From Nitrosopumilus sp. (lineage in GTDB: Archaea > Thermoproteota > Nitrososphaeria > Nitrososphaerales > Nitrosopumilaceae), in contig OZ245040.1 in assembly GCA_965224195.1 (NCBI GenBank), forward strand, positions 864,001 through 928,000: a DNA stretch of 64,000 nt. Direction: 5' to 3'. Shown piece by piece: positions 20,999 through 31,398 of the stretch. Each line of letters begins with the position of its first letter. Position 1 is the stretch's first letter. A program made the position numbers and the translations under genes. The notes under the pieces are model-generated. The model ran no database searches. It saw only the letters and a program-made list of their open reading frames with translations, and was not told the origin of the DNA.

Positions 20999-22318
20999 TT
21001 ACCATCTACTACGTCCGCCGTAGCTATTTCTGTTTCCATCTCTACCGCTGCTTCTTCTTCTACCGCTTCTGTCATCTCTTGGGTTTCCTCCCCCTCTAGA
21101 ACCTCCGTATCCTCCAGAACGACCTCCTCTAGAATAATTGGATCTGGATTGTCCTCCGTATCTTCTTGATGGAGTTTGTCTTTTTAGTGGGTCTGGAATT
21201 GAGATTTGAATTCCCATTTCTTTATTTAAATCTGTAATTGGAACTTTGATTTGGCGTTTGACTAGATTCCAATCTCCTACTGATGAATATGACACAAATG
21301 TGATTGCTCTTCCTTTTGCACCAGCTCTTGCAGTTCTTCCAATTCTATGAAAATATGCCATCTCTTGATTTGGTACATCATAATTTACTACTAGTTCTAC
21401 TCTAGGAACATCAATTCCTCTTGATGCTACGTCTGTTGCAACAAGAATATCTGCTTTACCACTTCTAAATTTGCCCATAGATTGTTCTCTTCTATGCTGT
21501 GACATGTCTCCTTCGATAGCTACTGCGTTGTATTTTTCTTGATGGAGGAATTTTGCAACGTCTCTGGTTCTATATTTTGTTGAACAGAATACGATAATTT
21601 GTCCTTTAATTGGTTTAACAAAATCAATTAGATACTTGAATTTGTCCCGGTCTTTAATTACCAAATATGATTGGTCTATTCCTTCTCCACTAAGATCATC
21701 TGCATCTAGTAAGAATTGTTTTGGATTGTTTAGATATTCTTCTGATAATCTTAAAATCTCAGTTGGCATTGTTGCTGAAAATAATGACATTACTCTATCT
21801 TCAGGAGCTAAATCTAAAATGAATGAAATATCATCTACAAATCCCATATCTAACATGGTATCTGCTTCATCAAGAACGATATGAGAAATATCTCTTAGTT
21901 CAATTGATCCTCTTTTGAGATGGTCAATTAGTCTACCTGGAGTAGCAACAACAATTTCTACACCTCTGTGTAGGGCATCTAATTGAATTCCCATTCCTTG
22001 TCCGCCGTAAACAGTTGCAGTTCTAATTCCTGTATGCTTTCCGAATTTTTTGATTTCATCGCTGATTTGCATAGCTAATTCTCTTGTTGGCGCCATGATC
22101 AAACCCTGAATTCCTTGTTTTGGTTGAATTTTCTCTAACATTGATAATGCAAATGCTGCAGTTTTCCCAGAACCTGTATGTGCTTGTCCTACGACATCTC
22201 TACCTGATAGTAAAACTGGAATCACTGCTTCTTGAATTGGAAATGCTTCTTCGTAACCTTGATCTGTAATTCCTTTCAGCACATCGTCGCTTAATCCTAA
22301 ATCTTGAAATTTTGTCAT
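20999..22318 (-). CDS. DEAD-box RNA helicase
   Basis: Q motif, TGSGKT, PTRELA, DEAD, SAT, HRIGRTAR; RG-rich tail. Confidence 0.95.
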   Translation of the reverse strand: MTKFQDLGLSDDVLKGITDQGYEEAFPIQEAVIPVLLSGRDVVGQAHTGSGKTAAFALSMLEKIQPKQGIQGLIMAPTRELAMQISDEIKKFGKHTGIRTATVYGGQGMGIQLDALHRGVEIVVATPGRLIDHLKRGSIELRDISHIVLDEADTMLDMGFVDDISFILDLAPEDRVMSLFSATMPTEILRLSEEYLNNPKQFLLDADDLSGEGIDQSYLVIKDRDKFKYLIDFVKPIKGQIIVFCSTKYRTRDVAKFLHQEKYNAVAIEGDMSQHRREQSMGKFRSGKADILVATDVASRGIDVPRVELVVNYDVPNQEMAYFHRIGRTARAGAKGRAITFVSYSSVGDWNLVKRQIKVPITDLNKEMGIQISIPDPLKRQTPSRRYGGQSRSNYSRGGRSGGYGGSRGGGNPRDDRSGRRRSSGRDGNRNSYGGRSRW

Positions 22319-22419
22319 TTTGTTTTTCTCTCTTTGGCAATGACGAAAAAGCTCATTGCCCACTCGTCATTATTCTGATGCTTGATGTCGATCGTGGTCT
22401 AATAAACGCTTGTTATTTT

Positions 22420-23298
22420 TTATGAGTTTAGTTGAGCATCAATTACTTTTTTGAAACTCTCAAATGGTTGGGCTCCTTTTAATTCAACAAATCCAATTTG
22501 ATCATTTCCTACAAAGAATCCTGGTGTTCCTGAAATTCCATAATTTCTTCCATCATTAAGATCATTTTGAATTTCTGGAATGTGTTTTCCACTATTGAGA
22601 CATAAATCAAATAATTCTTGATCTAATTGCATGTCTGATGCATATTGACTGAATAATGATAATGCATCACTAATTTCTAGTCTATTCCAATTATTTTGAT
22701 TTTCAAATAATGCATCATGCATTTCTCTAAACTTATTTTGATCATTTGCACATTCAGCTGCAACTGATGCTGGTAATGCATTTGGATGAATACTTTGAAT
22801 TGGGAAATCTCTAAAAACTAATTTCACTTTACCTTGTTCGATATATTCCTCTAATAGTGATGGTAATGTTTGAGTGTGGAATCTTGCACAAAATGGACAC
22901 TGAAAGTCTGAAAATTCTACAATGGTGATTGGGGCATCAGGATTTCCTATGATGGGATCATTGTCCATTGAAATTTTTACTGGTTCTGCTGCTTGTTTAG
23001 TAGGTAATTGGTTTTGTAATAATTTTAACTGATCAAAAGGAATGAAACCTTCGCCACTATCAGAATGTTTAGTAGGTAATTGGTTTTGTAATAATTTTAA
23101 CTCTAGTTTTGCTATTGCCTCATCAAGATCTACTGTTGAAATCTGGTTTGAATTTAGATTTGATGTGTATGATCCTGCAAAAAATGCTGTAATCCCGACT
23201 AGAATTATTATTCCTATGACCAATCCATTAAAAGTAGATTTTTTTACAGAAATCTTTTCATTATTATTTTGATTTATTTCTGAATCATCTAAACTCAT
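22420..23298 (-). CDS. DsbA family thioredoxin-fold protein (with 24-aa in-frame insertion)
   Basis: EFSDFQCPFC, GTPGF; N-terminal TM. Confidence 0.92.
   Translation of the reverse strand: MSLDDSEINQNNNEKISVKKSTFNGLVIGIIILVGITAFFAGSYTSNLNSNQISTVDLDEAIAKLELKLLQNQLPTKHSDSGEGFIPFDQLKLLQNQLPTKQAAEPVKISMDNDPIIGNPDAPITIVEFSDFQCPFCARFHTQTLPSLLEEYIEQGKVKLVFRDFPIQSIHPNALPASVAAECANDQNKFREMHDALFENQNNWNRLEISDALSLFSQYASDMQLDQELFDLCLNSGKHIPEIQNDLNDGRNYGISGTPGFFVGNDQIGFVELKGAQPFESFKKVIDAQLNS
22994..23102. repeat. unit B: 37-bp direct repeat, 35-bp insert
   Basis: TGTTTAGTAGGTAATTGGTTTTGTAATAATTTTAACT at 22994-23030 and 23066-23102. Confidence 0.95.
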
Positions 23299-23373
23299 TT
23301 CTATTAAATCTAAATCTAGTATACTTAATCGTATTGCCAAATATTGGATTAAGGATGTTATAGAAAAGAAAAG

Positions 23374-23447
23374 AGCCAATGACGGGATCTGAACCCATGA
23401 CCTATTGATTACAAATCAATTGCTCTACCAGGCTGAGCTACATTGGC
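23374..23447 (-). tRNA. tRNA-Thr(TGT)
   Basis: Cloverleaf GCCAATG...CATTGGC, anticodon arm ATTGA-TTTGTAA-TCAAT, T arm GGTTCAGATCC; no intron. Confidence 0.95.
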
Positions 23448-23570
23448 ACGAAGTTGAATGAATTTTTTGACGGTTTAAAGTGTTACCTGTGGTTTATTTG
23501 AAAATAATTTTGTTCTAAAATCATTAAATTCACCGTCAGTTTATAATAATGCCATATTTTGATACCTGTT

Positions 23571-23801
23571 ATGAGGTACATCGAACCTACCCGAGTTAAA
23601 TTTTTGACGATGATGTTTGTTGCAACTGGTATACTTGGTATAGTTATTGGACTATCTGGTTTTACTCCTCCTTCATTTAAGATGATGATCACATTCATGA
23701 GTGTGATAAACATTGGATTGGGCGCATTTTTTGCATTTATCTATTTGACTCAGACTCGAAAAGACCCTGATAAACGAAAGAAGAAAAGAAAAACTGATTA
23801 G
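23571..23801 (+). CDS. two-TM membrane protein with basic tail
   Basis: Hydrophobic pair then KRKKKRK. Confidence 0.7.
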   Translation: MRYIEPTRVKFLTMMFVATGILGIVIGLSGFTPPSFKMMITFMSVINIGLGAFFAFIYLTQTRKDPDKRKKKRKTD

Positions 23802-23872
23802 GTTTTTCTAACAATTTTAAAATTATTTCAAAGATTTAGGTTCAATTAAAGTATAAATAATAACTCTCTATC

Positions 23873-24436
23873 ATGAATTCAGAAATGGTTGATCTAGTTG
23901 CAAAAAATTTGTTTCTTACAAAAGGAAAAGGAGTTCACGAAGATAGACTAACTAGTTTTGAATATGCACTTAGAGATGCTGGTATTGCTGGAACTAACCT
24001 TGTGTTAATTTCAAGTATTTTCCCTCCTCAAGCAAAATTAATTTCAAGAAAAGAAGGTTTGAAAAAAATTTCGCCTGGACAAATTCTATTTACAATTTAT
24101 TCAAAAAATCAAACAAATGAACCACATAGAATGTGTGCTGCATCTGTGGGTCTTGCTCAGCCAAAGGACAAGTCCCGATATGGATACCTGTCTGAATACG
24201 AATCTTTTGGACAAAATGAAGAACAAGCCGGAGATTATGCTGAGGATATTGCAGCACAAATGCTTGCGTCTTCTTTAGGAATTCCATTTGATGCTGATAA
24301 AGCATGGAATGAAAAAAGACAACAGTGGTCAATTTCTGGTGAAATTTATAAAACTCATAACATCACTCAAACCACTAAAGGTAACAAAGATGGAAAGTGG
24401 ACAACTGTTTTTGCAGCAGCTGTTCTTTTATTATGA
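23873..24436 (+). CDS. pdaD: pyruvoyl-dependent arginine decarboxylase
   Basis: SFEYALRDAGI...NLVLISSI self-cleavage motif. Confidence 0.92.
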   Translation: MNSEMVDLVAKNLFLTKGKGVHEDRLTSFEYALRDAGIAGTNLVLISSIFPPQAKLISRKEGLKKISPGQILFTIYSKNQTNEPHRMCAASVGLAQPKDKSRYGYLSEYESFGQNEEQAGDYAEDIAAQMLASSLGIPFDADKAWNEKRQQWSISGEIYKTHNITQTTKGNKDGKWTTVFAAAVLLL

Positions 24437-25585
24437 TTATTTTTTGTATCCTTTAAGAAAATACAATGCGGCTGCAATTGCAACAATTGTGATAATGGTT
24501 ACAACAATTATGGATTCATCAAATTCAAATTTTCCAGTTTGAATATTATTTCCACCTAATGAAAATTTTAATTTGTCTGCACTAACGGATGTTTCTTCAC
24601 CAAAAATGTATTTGCCTTGAATTCTTTCTCCTTCTTGAGGATCAAAAATCCATCCTTGTTTTTTAATGTCTGTGGGAATTTTCTCATCGTCGATAATTTG
24701 TGTTGGAACTATGTTTCCCTTAATGTTTGAAATATTGATACTTTCAGGCGATAAAATAACTATTTGAATGATTGAATTCAATGGATAAAACCCTGTAGAA
24801 AAATAATCTGATCTTTTGATCTCTTTAATTTGTAGAAATTCTAATGGGCTAATTTCTGATATTGTTGAAGCCTTGTTTGGATAGTTAACTGATAATTTTA
24901 ACTGTAAAAGAGATTTTGAATCTAATGGGACTATTGAGAATACTATTTTTGCATTTTCATCAAATGATAGTTTTTTAGCAACATCATAAAATCCTCCACC
25001 CTCTCTGATTATTTTTGGAATTAAGATTGTTGAGACTTTTTCATACATTGAATTGGTATCTTCCATTGGTAATGTGTACACTGCAGAAATTACTCCTTTT
25101 CCAGAAATAGCTCCTGAGGTTTCTAACGCTTGATTTGTTTTATCATCTGTATGTACAAAAACTGAATGAAATTCAGCATTTGTATCAAAAATTTGATTGA
25201 TTTCTTCAATGTATGTCTCTGCAATCATTTTTGTAGAATCTTGGATGGCGATGATGCCTCTATCCTCCATATTTCGTTTTACGTTAATCATAATACATGA
25301 TTGATCGATTACTCCAAGAACGCATTGATCTTGATTGGTGAATATGATTGCTGTTATTCTTTCATCTGCTCTAATGTTCTGTTCTAACTCAACTGGAATT
25401 TTAATTTCTTGAATACTGGTACTTTGTAAAGTTATTGAGGCTGTAACATTCTGAGATATACTCCTATCTACAACTATCTGTGCATTCTCTTGAAATGTTG
25501 CAAGATTTATTTCTTGAGCATATGTAAAACTAGTTGAAACACCTATCAATATGCTTAATGTAAAGAAAAGGATCTTTTTTTGCAT
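24437..25585 (-). CDS. secreted protein with C-terminal TM anchor
   Basis: Signal peptide and C-terminal TM plus lysines. Confidence 0.78.
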   Translation of the reverse strand: MQKKILFFTLSILIGVSTSFTYAQEINLATFQENAQIVVDRSISQNVTASITLQSTSIQEIKIPVELEQNIRADERITAIIFTNQDQCVLGVIDQSCIMINVKRNMEDRGIIAIQDSTKMIAETYIEEINQIFDTNAEFHSVFVHTDDKTNQALETSGAISGKGVISAVYTLPMEDTNSMYEKVSTILIPKIIREGGGFYDVAKKLSFDENAKIVFSIVPLDSKSLLQLKLSVNYPNKASTISEISPLEFLQIKEIKRSDYFSTGFYPLNSIIQIVILSPESINISNIKGNIVPTQIIDDEKIPTDIKKQGWIFDPQEGERIQGKYIFGEETSVSADKLKFSLGGNNIQTGKFEFDESIIVVTIITIVAIAAALYFLKGYKK

Positions 25586-25726
25586 TGATTGTCTTTTTAA
25601 AATGAAATTATTAAATTTACTCTTTTTTTGTTCGTATTACTCATTATTGTAATATTTTTTTTATTTTTTAATAAGAATATGTTATCTGGTAACTAATATT
25701 CTCATTAATACAAATATCTGGATAGT

Positions 25727-26299
25727 ATGGCACTAATTCCGATTCTAGTAGATCTTTTCCTTAATCCAGTTATTCAACTAATTGCAATTTTGAGCGCTTT
25801 TGGAATTGGGTTGTTTCAAGGAATAATTCTTGGTAGGGCAATATTGATGAGATTTCCTCGTCTACAAAATCATGTCAAAACTGTATCTATCACAATGTTT
25901 GTCTTATTTTTAATAAATGCAATTTTGAGTGTGCCGAGATTTGCTTCCCCTGATAAAGTGAGTCTGTCAAATTTGTCTGCAAATTCCACCGGTGAGATTG
26001 CATCTGGTCTTTTTTTGATTTTTGGGATGAATACTGGATTTTTGACTGTATTGGCAATTTCTGTAACTGTGATGAGCTTTGTTGTATTGAAGTTTACAAA
26101 TCTAACCGGTATCGCCAAAGGATTTATTTTCTTTTTCAGTGCACTTTTGTTAATATTGACTGCTGTAAGTCGTTTCACTGATCTTACACCTACTGCCTTT
26201 GAAGTTTTATTGTATTTTCTGTATCAGTTAGGAATAACTATTGGAATCCTTATAGGTTCTATTAGGAAGATAAAACCTAAAAAATCAAACTTGAAATAA
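25727..26299 (+). CDS. multi-pass membrane protein
   Basis: 190 aa, about five TM. Confidence 0.75.
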   Translation: MALIPILVDLFLNPVIQLIAILSAFGIGLFQGIILGRAILMRFPRLQNHVKTVSITMFVLFLINAILSVPRFASPDKVSLSNLSANSTGEIASGLFLIFGMNTGFLTVLAISVTVMSFVVLKFTNLTGIAKGFIFFFSALLLILTAVSRFTDLTPTAFEVLLYFLYQLGITIGILIGSIRKIKPKKSNLK

Positions 26300-26414
26300 T
26301 TTCAAACGTTTAAATCAGATTATCTGTGGTTTTTAATTGACATCGAATTCAAACCGTTCGGGGAACAAGCCGGCAGTCCATGCGTTGGACTGTCGGCCCC
26401 ATTTATTCTAAAAA

Positions 26415-28187
26415 TTAATTCAAAGATGCGAGTGTATTTACTTGCTCTTTTACGTAATCAAACCCTTCTTGCCAGAATTTTGGGCTAGCAATATCAAATC
26501 CATACTCTGAAAGAAGTTTTTCAGGTTTTTTAGAACCTCCAGCTTCCAGAATGCTCATGTATGCTGGAACAAAGTCTTTGCCTTCCTTTTTGTATCTCTG
26601 GAATAATGATAATGCAAGTAAATTTCCAAATGAATACGCATAACAATAAAACGGAGTATGATAAAAGTGCGGAATACAACTCCATTCTATTGCAAAGTCA
26701 TCTGACAAACTAACTGAATTCCCAAATTGAACTTTAAGATTTTTTAAATATGTTTTTGATATTTCGTCTATTGTGGTTCCTTCTCCAATTTGTTTATGTG
26801 CGTCAACTTCAAAGATTGTAAAAAATGATTGTCTTAGTATTGTGGCATACAAATCATCAATCTTTTCTGATAACATTGACTTTTTCTCATTGTCTGAAAT
26901 TTTGTTTGATAGGTTATCGTACAAGAGTAATTCTGAAAAAGTTGATGCCGTCTCAGCTAAAGGCAGTGGTGCATCTTGAACAAGAATAGATCTGTCTTGT
27001 GCTGCTTGACTGTGTACTGCATGACCCAATTCATGAGCTAAAGTAAATACATCTCTAGATTTGCCTGTGAAATTTACCAGTACGTATGGTGTAATTTTGG
27101 GAGTTAAAGTGCTACAAAATGCTCCATCTCTTTTCCCCTGTCTGATATCTGAATCAATATGATTTTCATTGAATACTTTACGTGCATACTCTTCTAATGT
27201 ACTGCTGAATTTACCCAGTGACTCAAAAACTAGTTTTACAGATTTATCGTATGAATAATTTTTTTCTTTAATGTTGGCAGCAGCTGGGGCATACAAATCA
27301 TACCTTCGTAGTTTCTTCATTTTTAACATCTTTGCTTTTTGAACAAAGAATTTTTGAAAAATAGGCGAATTTTTTTTACACACTGAAAGTAGGGATTCTA
27401 TGGTTTTGTCATCTACATCATTTCCGATATTCCTCATTGATATTGGCGATTTGTATCCTCTAATCTCGATTCCTTCATCTTTCCAATTCTGAACAATATT
27501 TTGATAAATTTCTCCCACCACTCCTTTGTTTTCAGAATATTTTAAAAGAATTGTTTTGTAAGCTGTTTCTCTAGTTTTTGGATTTGTACTTCGAACATAA
27601 TTTGTGAGTTCTTCCCTTGTCATTGATTTGATCTTATTTCCAACTTTCATTTTGTATTCAAAAGAATTTGTTATTTTATCATACAGTTTTACAAGTGCAG
27701 ATATTCCTGTCACATCTAATGTATTTATGATACGTTCTTCAGGTTCGCTTAATGCATACTTTGCAAATAATCTTTTATGTGAAAGATATTCTGTAATTTC
27801 TCCTGCATCTTTCATGAGTCTTTTGGCATTTTTTTCATCTACTTGTGTTTTCCACCATAAATCAAAAAATAAAATCTTGTTTGATATTTCAGAACCAAGT
27901 TTTGACATCTTGGTCATTAACGATGTTGCTTCATCTGATTGTGTATCTGAAGAATATGATAGTGATGCATAACCGCCAACCTTACTCATATTTTCTGAAA
28001 TTTTTTCAACTTGATGAAGAATATTCATAAATTGTTTAGATGATATTTTGGGATTTAATTTTGATTTGATCTTTTCAAATTGTTTTGCCTGCTTTTCTAA
28101 TTCTTGAATTTGTTTTTGAAATGCCGGACTTTTTGGATTTTTTACTAATTCTGTTAGATCCCATTTGCCTAACTGATATGATGACAT
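26415..28187 (-). CDS. pepF: M3 family oligoendopeptidase F
   Basis: HELGH, AETAS, HFYHTPFYCYAYSFG. Confidence 0.92.
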   Translation of the reverse strand: MSSYQLGKWDLTELVKNPKSPAFQKQIQELEKQAKQFEKIKSKLNPKISSKQFMNILHQVEKISENMSKVGGYASLSYSSDTQSDEATSLMTKMSKLGSEISNKILFFDLWWKTQVDEKNAKRLMKDAGEITEYLSHKRLFAKYALSEPEERIINTLDVTGISALVKLYDKITNSFEYKMKVGNKIKSMTREELTNYVRSTNPKTRETAYKTILLKYSENKGVVGEIYQNIVQNWKDEGIEIRGYKSPISMRNIGNDVDDKTIESLLSVCKKNSPIFQKFFVQKAKMLKMKKLRRYDLYAPAAANIKEKNYSYDKSVKLVFESLGKFSSTLEEYARKVFNENHIDSDIRQGKRDGAFCSTLTPKITPYVLVNFTGKSRDVFTLAHELGHAVHSQAAQDRSILVQDAPLPLAETASTFSELLLYDNLSNKISDNEKKSMLSEKIDDLYATILRQSFFTIFEVDAHKQIGEGTTIDEISKTYLKNLKVQFGNSVSLSDDFAIEWSCIPHFYHTPFYCYAYSFGNLLALSLFQRYKKEGKDFVPAYMSILEAGGSKKPEKLLSEYGFDIASPKFWQEGFDYVKEQVNTLASLN

Positions 28188-28395
28188 CTGAGTTTGTTGT
28201 TTTGTAACTATTAAAAAATGAATATACGAATTGAACTATTCAAGTTTCTTCATTTTTTGGAATTTTTTAAGAAATTTTGTCAAAGTTCTAAATTTTAGAA
28301 AATTTATTCCTAAAAACTAGGCTCGATCTTTTTCTCAAAAATTACCAAATAAGTCGTTTATATAGGAAATGATTAGCACAAAAGGAGTAATCCTT

Positions 28396-29328
28396 ATGGT
28401 TCAAGAAACTATCAATGCAGATTCGACCTGTGGTCGTTGTGGAAAAAATTCCATGCTAACTGACAATGTTACTGGAGAAAGATTCTGTGGAAAATGTGGT
28501 TATGTTATTACTGAAACTTTACAAGATTCTGGACCTGAATGGAGATCCTTTTCAAAAGAAGGTGGAGCAGATCCAACAAGAACTGGTGCTCCTACATCAT
28601 TAGCAATGCATGATAGAGGTCTTGCAACAATTATCAGTCCTATGAATAAAGACTCTTCTGGAAAACCACTTACATCTACAATGAAGAGTACAATTGAAAG
28701 ACTAAGAACTTGGGATAGTAGAAGTAAAGTCAATGCTTCATCTGACAAAAATCTTAGACAAGCATTAAGTGAATTATCTACATTAAAAGACAAACTTTCA
28801 TTATCTGATGCAGTTATTGAAAAAGCATCATACATTTACAGAAAAGCCTTAGAGAAAGGTCTTGTAAAAGGCCGTTCTATCTCTGCATTAATTGCTGCAT
28901 CTCTATATGCTGCATGTAGAGATACTGAAACTCCAAGAACACTAAAAGATGTTTCAGATGCAGGTAACATTAAGAAAAAAGACATCTCTAGATGTTATAG
29001 AATTTTACATCAAGAATTGGAATTAAAAATGCCTGTAGTTGATCCAGTACAATGTGTTGCAAGAATTGCAAGCTCTATTGGAATTACAGAAAAGACAAAA
29101 CGATTTGCAGTTAAAGTATTAAAAGATGCACAAGCCCATGAAGAATCTGCAGGAAAAGATCCTATGGGATTGGCAGCTGCAGCCCTTTACTTGTCTTGTG
29201 TAAAAAATGGCGAAGATAAAACTCAACGAGATATTGCTGAAGCTGCAAATGTTACTGAAGTAACAATTAGAAATAGATACAAAGGCTTAAGATTAGACCA
29301 AAATATGGATATGATGGGAGGCAAATGA
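28396..29328 (+). CDS. tfb: transcription initiation factor IIB
   Basis: Zn ribbon, GPEWRSF, two cyclin repeats, VTEVTIRNRYK. Confidence 0.95.
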   Translation: MVQETINADSTCGRCGKNSMLTDNVTGERFCGKCGYVITETLQDSGPEWRSFSKEGGADPTRTGAPTSLAMHDRGLATIISPMNKDSSGKPLTSTMKSTIERLRTWDSRSKVNASSDKNLRQALSELSTLKDKLSLSDAVIEKASYIYRKALEKGLVKGRSISALIAASLYAACRDTETPRTLKDVSDAGNIKKKDISRCYRILHQELELKMPVVDPVQCVARIASSIGITEKTKRFAVKVLKDAQAHEESAGKDPMGLAAAALYLSCVKNGEDKTQRDIAEAANVTEVTIRNRYKGLRLDQNMDMMGGK

Positions 29329-29329
29329 G

Positions 29330-29890
29330 ATGACTCAAACTAAACCTATTATTGCAATTGTGAATGTTGTAGCCTCTGCAACAATTGAACAAAAATTAGA
29401 TCTTGTTGATATTACTAAAAAATTCCCTGCAGTTGAATACCATCCAGAACAATTCCCAGGTGCAGTGTTCAGATTAAAAAGTCCAAAAACTGCTACATTA
29501 CTATTTGGTTCAGGAAAGATGGTATGTACAGGCGCTAAATCTCAAGAATTAGCTGAAACTGCTGTGTTTGAAGTAGTGAAAATCTTACGAAAGGGCAAAA
29601 TCAAAATTAAAAATGATCCTATAGTTTCAATTCAAAATATTGTATCTTCAATTAATCTTGGTGGTAAAGTAAACTTGGAGCAAGCTGCAAGAACTCTTCC
29701 TAGAAGTATGTATGAACCAGAGCAATTCCCTGGATTAATTCACAGAATGCTTGATCCAAAAACTGTAATTCTAATTTTTGCATCAGGTAAACTAGTCTGT
29801 GTTGGAGCAAAACTTGAAAAAGATGTTCACCGTTCTGTCAACCAAATCCATGCATTACTTGAAGAAAAAGAATTAATGGTTTACGATTAA
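29330..29890 (+). CDS. tbp: TATA-box binding protein
   Basis: NVVAS, YxPEQFPG x2, SGKMVCTGAK. Confidence 0.96.
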   Translation: MTQTKPIIAIVNVVASATIEQKLDLVDITKKFPAVEYHPEQFPGAVFRLKSPKTATLLFGSGKMVCTGAKSQELAETAVFEVVKILRKGKIKIKNDPIVSIQNIVSSINLGGKVNLEQAARTLPRSMYEPEQFPGLIHRMLDPKTVILIFASGKLVCVGAKLEKDVHRSVNQIHALLEEKELMVYD

Positions 29891-29923
29891 AATCATAAAC
29901 AATTCCTTATCTAATCTCTAAAA

Positions 29924-30187
29924 TTATTCTGGCTGATAATATTCCTCATGAATATAGCACCATTTCCAAATATTATCTGGAACTGCTTGCATTACAGGAT
30001 GTCCTGTTTCTTCAAAATGTTTAGTTGCATGTTTACCAATTGATGAATCACAACAACCAACATGCCCACATGTTAAACACATTCTAAGTGCAACAACTGG
30101 GAGGTGCTCTTTTTCACATTCTTCACAATTTTTTATATTTTGAGAAACTTTTTTTCCTTGTCTGAAATGTTCACATTCTTTTGTCAT
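29924..30187 (-). CDS. UBP-type zinc finger protein
   Basis: LRMCLTCGHVGCCDSS...HATKHF. Confidence 0.9.
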   Translation of the reverse strand: MTKECEHFRQGKKVSQNIKNCEECEKEHLPVVALRMCLTCGHVGCCDSSIGKHATKHFEETGHPVMQAVPDNIWKWCYIHEEYYQPE

Positions 30188-30188
30188 G

Positions 30189-30725
30189 CTAATATTTTTT
30201 CAAAGTATCTTTGTATCTGTTTATTGATTCTATGATTACGATTTTAGCTTCTTTAGCTGATTTCCATCCTAAGATTTCTACTTTCTTGCCTTCTAACTTT
30301 TTATACACTTGAAAAAAATGAGCAATTTCTGAACGATAATGATCCTCAATGTCTGTAATATCTGCTGTGTAAATATCTTGGATCGTTTGTTGCAACACAG
30401 ATTATTTTATCATCAAATTCCCCATCATCTTTCATTTGGAGTAACCCTATTGGTAGTGCTTCAATTAGAATTCCTGGATATGTTGGATTTGTAACTAGCA
30501 CTAGTGCATCAAGGGGGTCTCCATCTTCTGATAATGTTTGGGAATTAATCCATAATCTCCTGGATAGTGAAATGGTGAAAATAATACCATGTCTAATTTT
30601 ATCATGTTATGTTTTTTATCATATTCGTACTTGTTCATAGATCCTTTTGGAATCTCTACTATTGCATTAATAATTTCAGGAACATCATTACCTGATTCTA
30701 TGTCATGCCAAAAATTCTTACTCAT
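30189..30725 (-). pseudogene. ppa: soluble inorganic pyrophosphatase, frameshifted
   Basis: EIPKGS, YPGDYGLIP, then EDGDPLD and DDKII in a shifted frame, then HFFQVYK; two frameshifts. Confidence 0.85.
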
Positions 30726-30828
30726 TTTCTAGCTCTTGGTTTAGATATTCAGTATATGAATTCTATGAAATAATCTGTATGTTTAATTTTAGTGAAAATC
30801 TTTTATTCTGTTTAGATGTGATTTTTTT

Positions 30829-31398
30829 ATGGCAAAAATTGTAGTCATTGCAGGTTCTGTTAGGTCTGAAAGACATGGAATCAAAGTAGCCAAATGGGTT
30901 GTATCAAAACTAGAAGAAAAAGGTCATCATGTCTCACTTGTAGATCCTTTAGAATTGGGTTTGCCAATACTTGACAAGATGTACAAAGAGATGGAATCCC
31001 CTCCTGAAAAATTACAAAATCTACAAAAAATCATTAAAGAAGCAGATGGATATGTCCCAATTACGCCTGAGTATAATCATAGTATTTCTTCAGCATTAAA
31101 AAATACATTAGATTATTTTCTAGAAGAATATTTTTTCAAACCTTCTGCAATCATTTCATACTCTGTGGGTTCGTTTGGAGGCGTTACGGCTGGAAATCAT
31201 CTCCGTCAAATATTGGCAGAGATGGGAACGCTTGCAATTTCTTCACAACTTCCAATTTCTAAAGTTCATGAGGTATTTGATGATGGTGGAAAGTTATTAG
31301 ATGAAAATTATGAAAGAAGATTTTCTAGATTTTTAAAAGAATTTGAATGGTACATGTCTGCATTATCTAAACAGAGAGAATCTGGAACGCCTTATTGA
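30829..31398 (+). CDS. NADPH-dependent FMN reductase
   Basis: GSVR, TPEYNHS...LKNTLD. Confidence 0.9.
   Translation: MAKIVVIAGSVRSERHGIKVAKWVVSKLEEKGHHVSLVDPLELGLPILDKMYKEMESPPEKLQNLQKIIKEADGYVPITPEYNHSISSALKNTLDYFLEEYFFKPSAIISYSVGSFGGVTAGNHLRQILAEMGTLAISSQLPISKVHEVFDDGGKLLDENYERRFSRFLKEFEWYMSALSKQRESGTPY

Noticed and set aside
28396-29890. Adjacent tfb-tbp pair as a novelty
   Set aside because: Multiple TFB/TBP genes are normal in this lineage and both look canonical.
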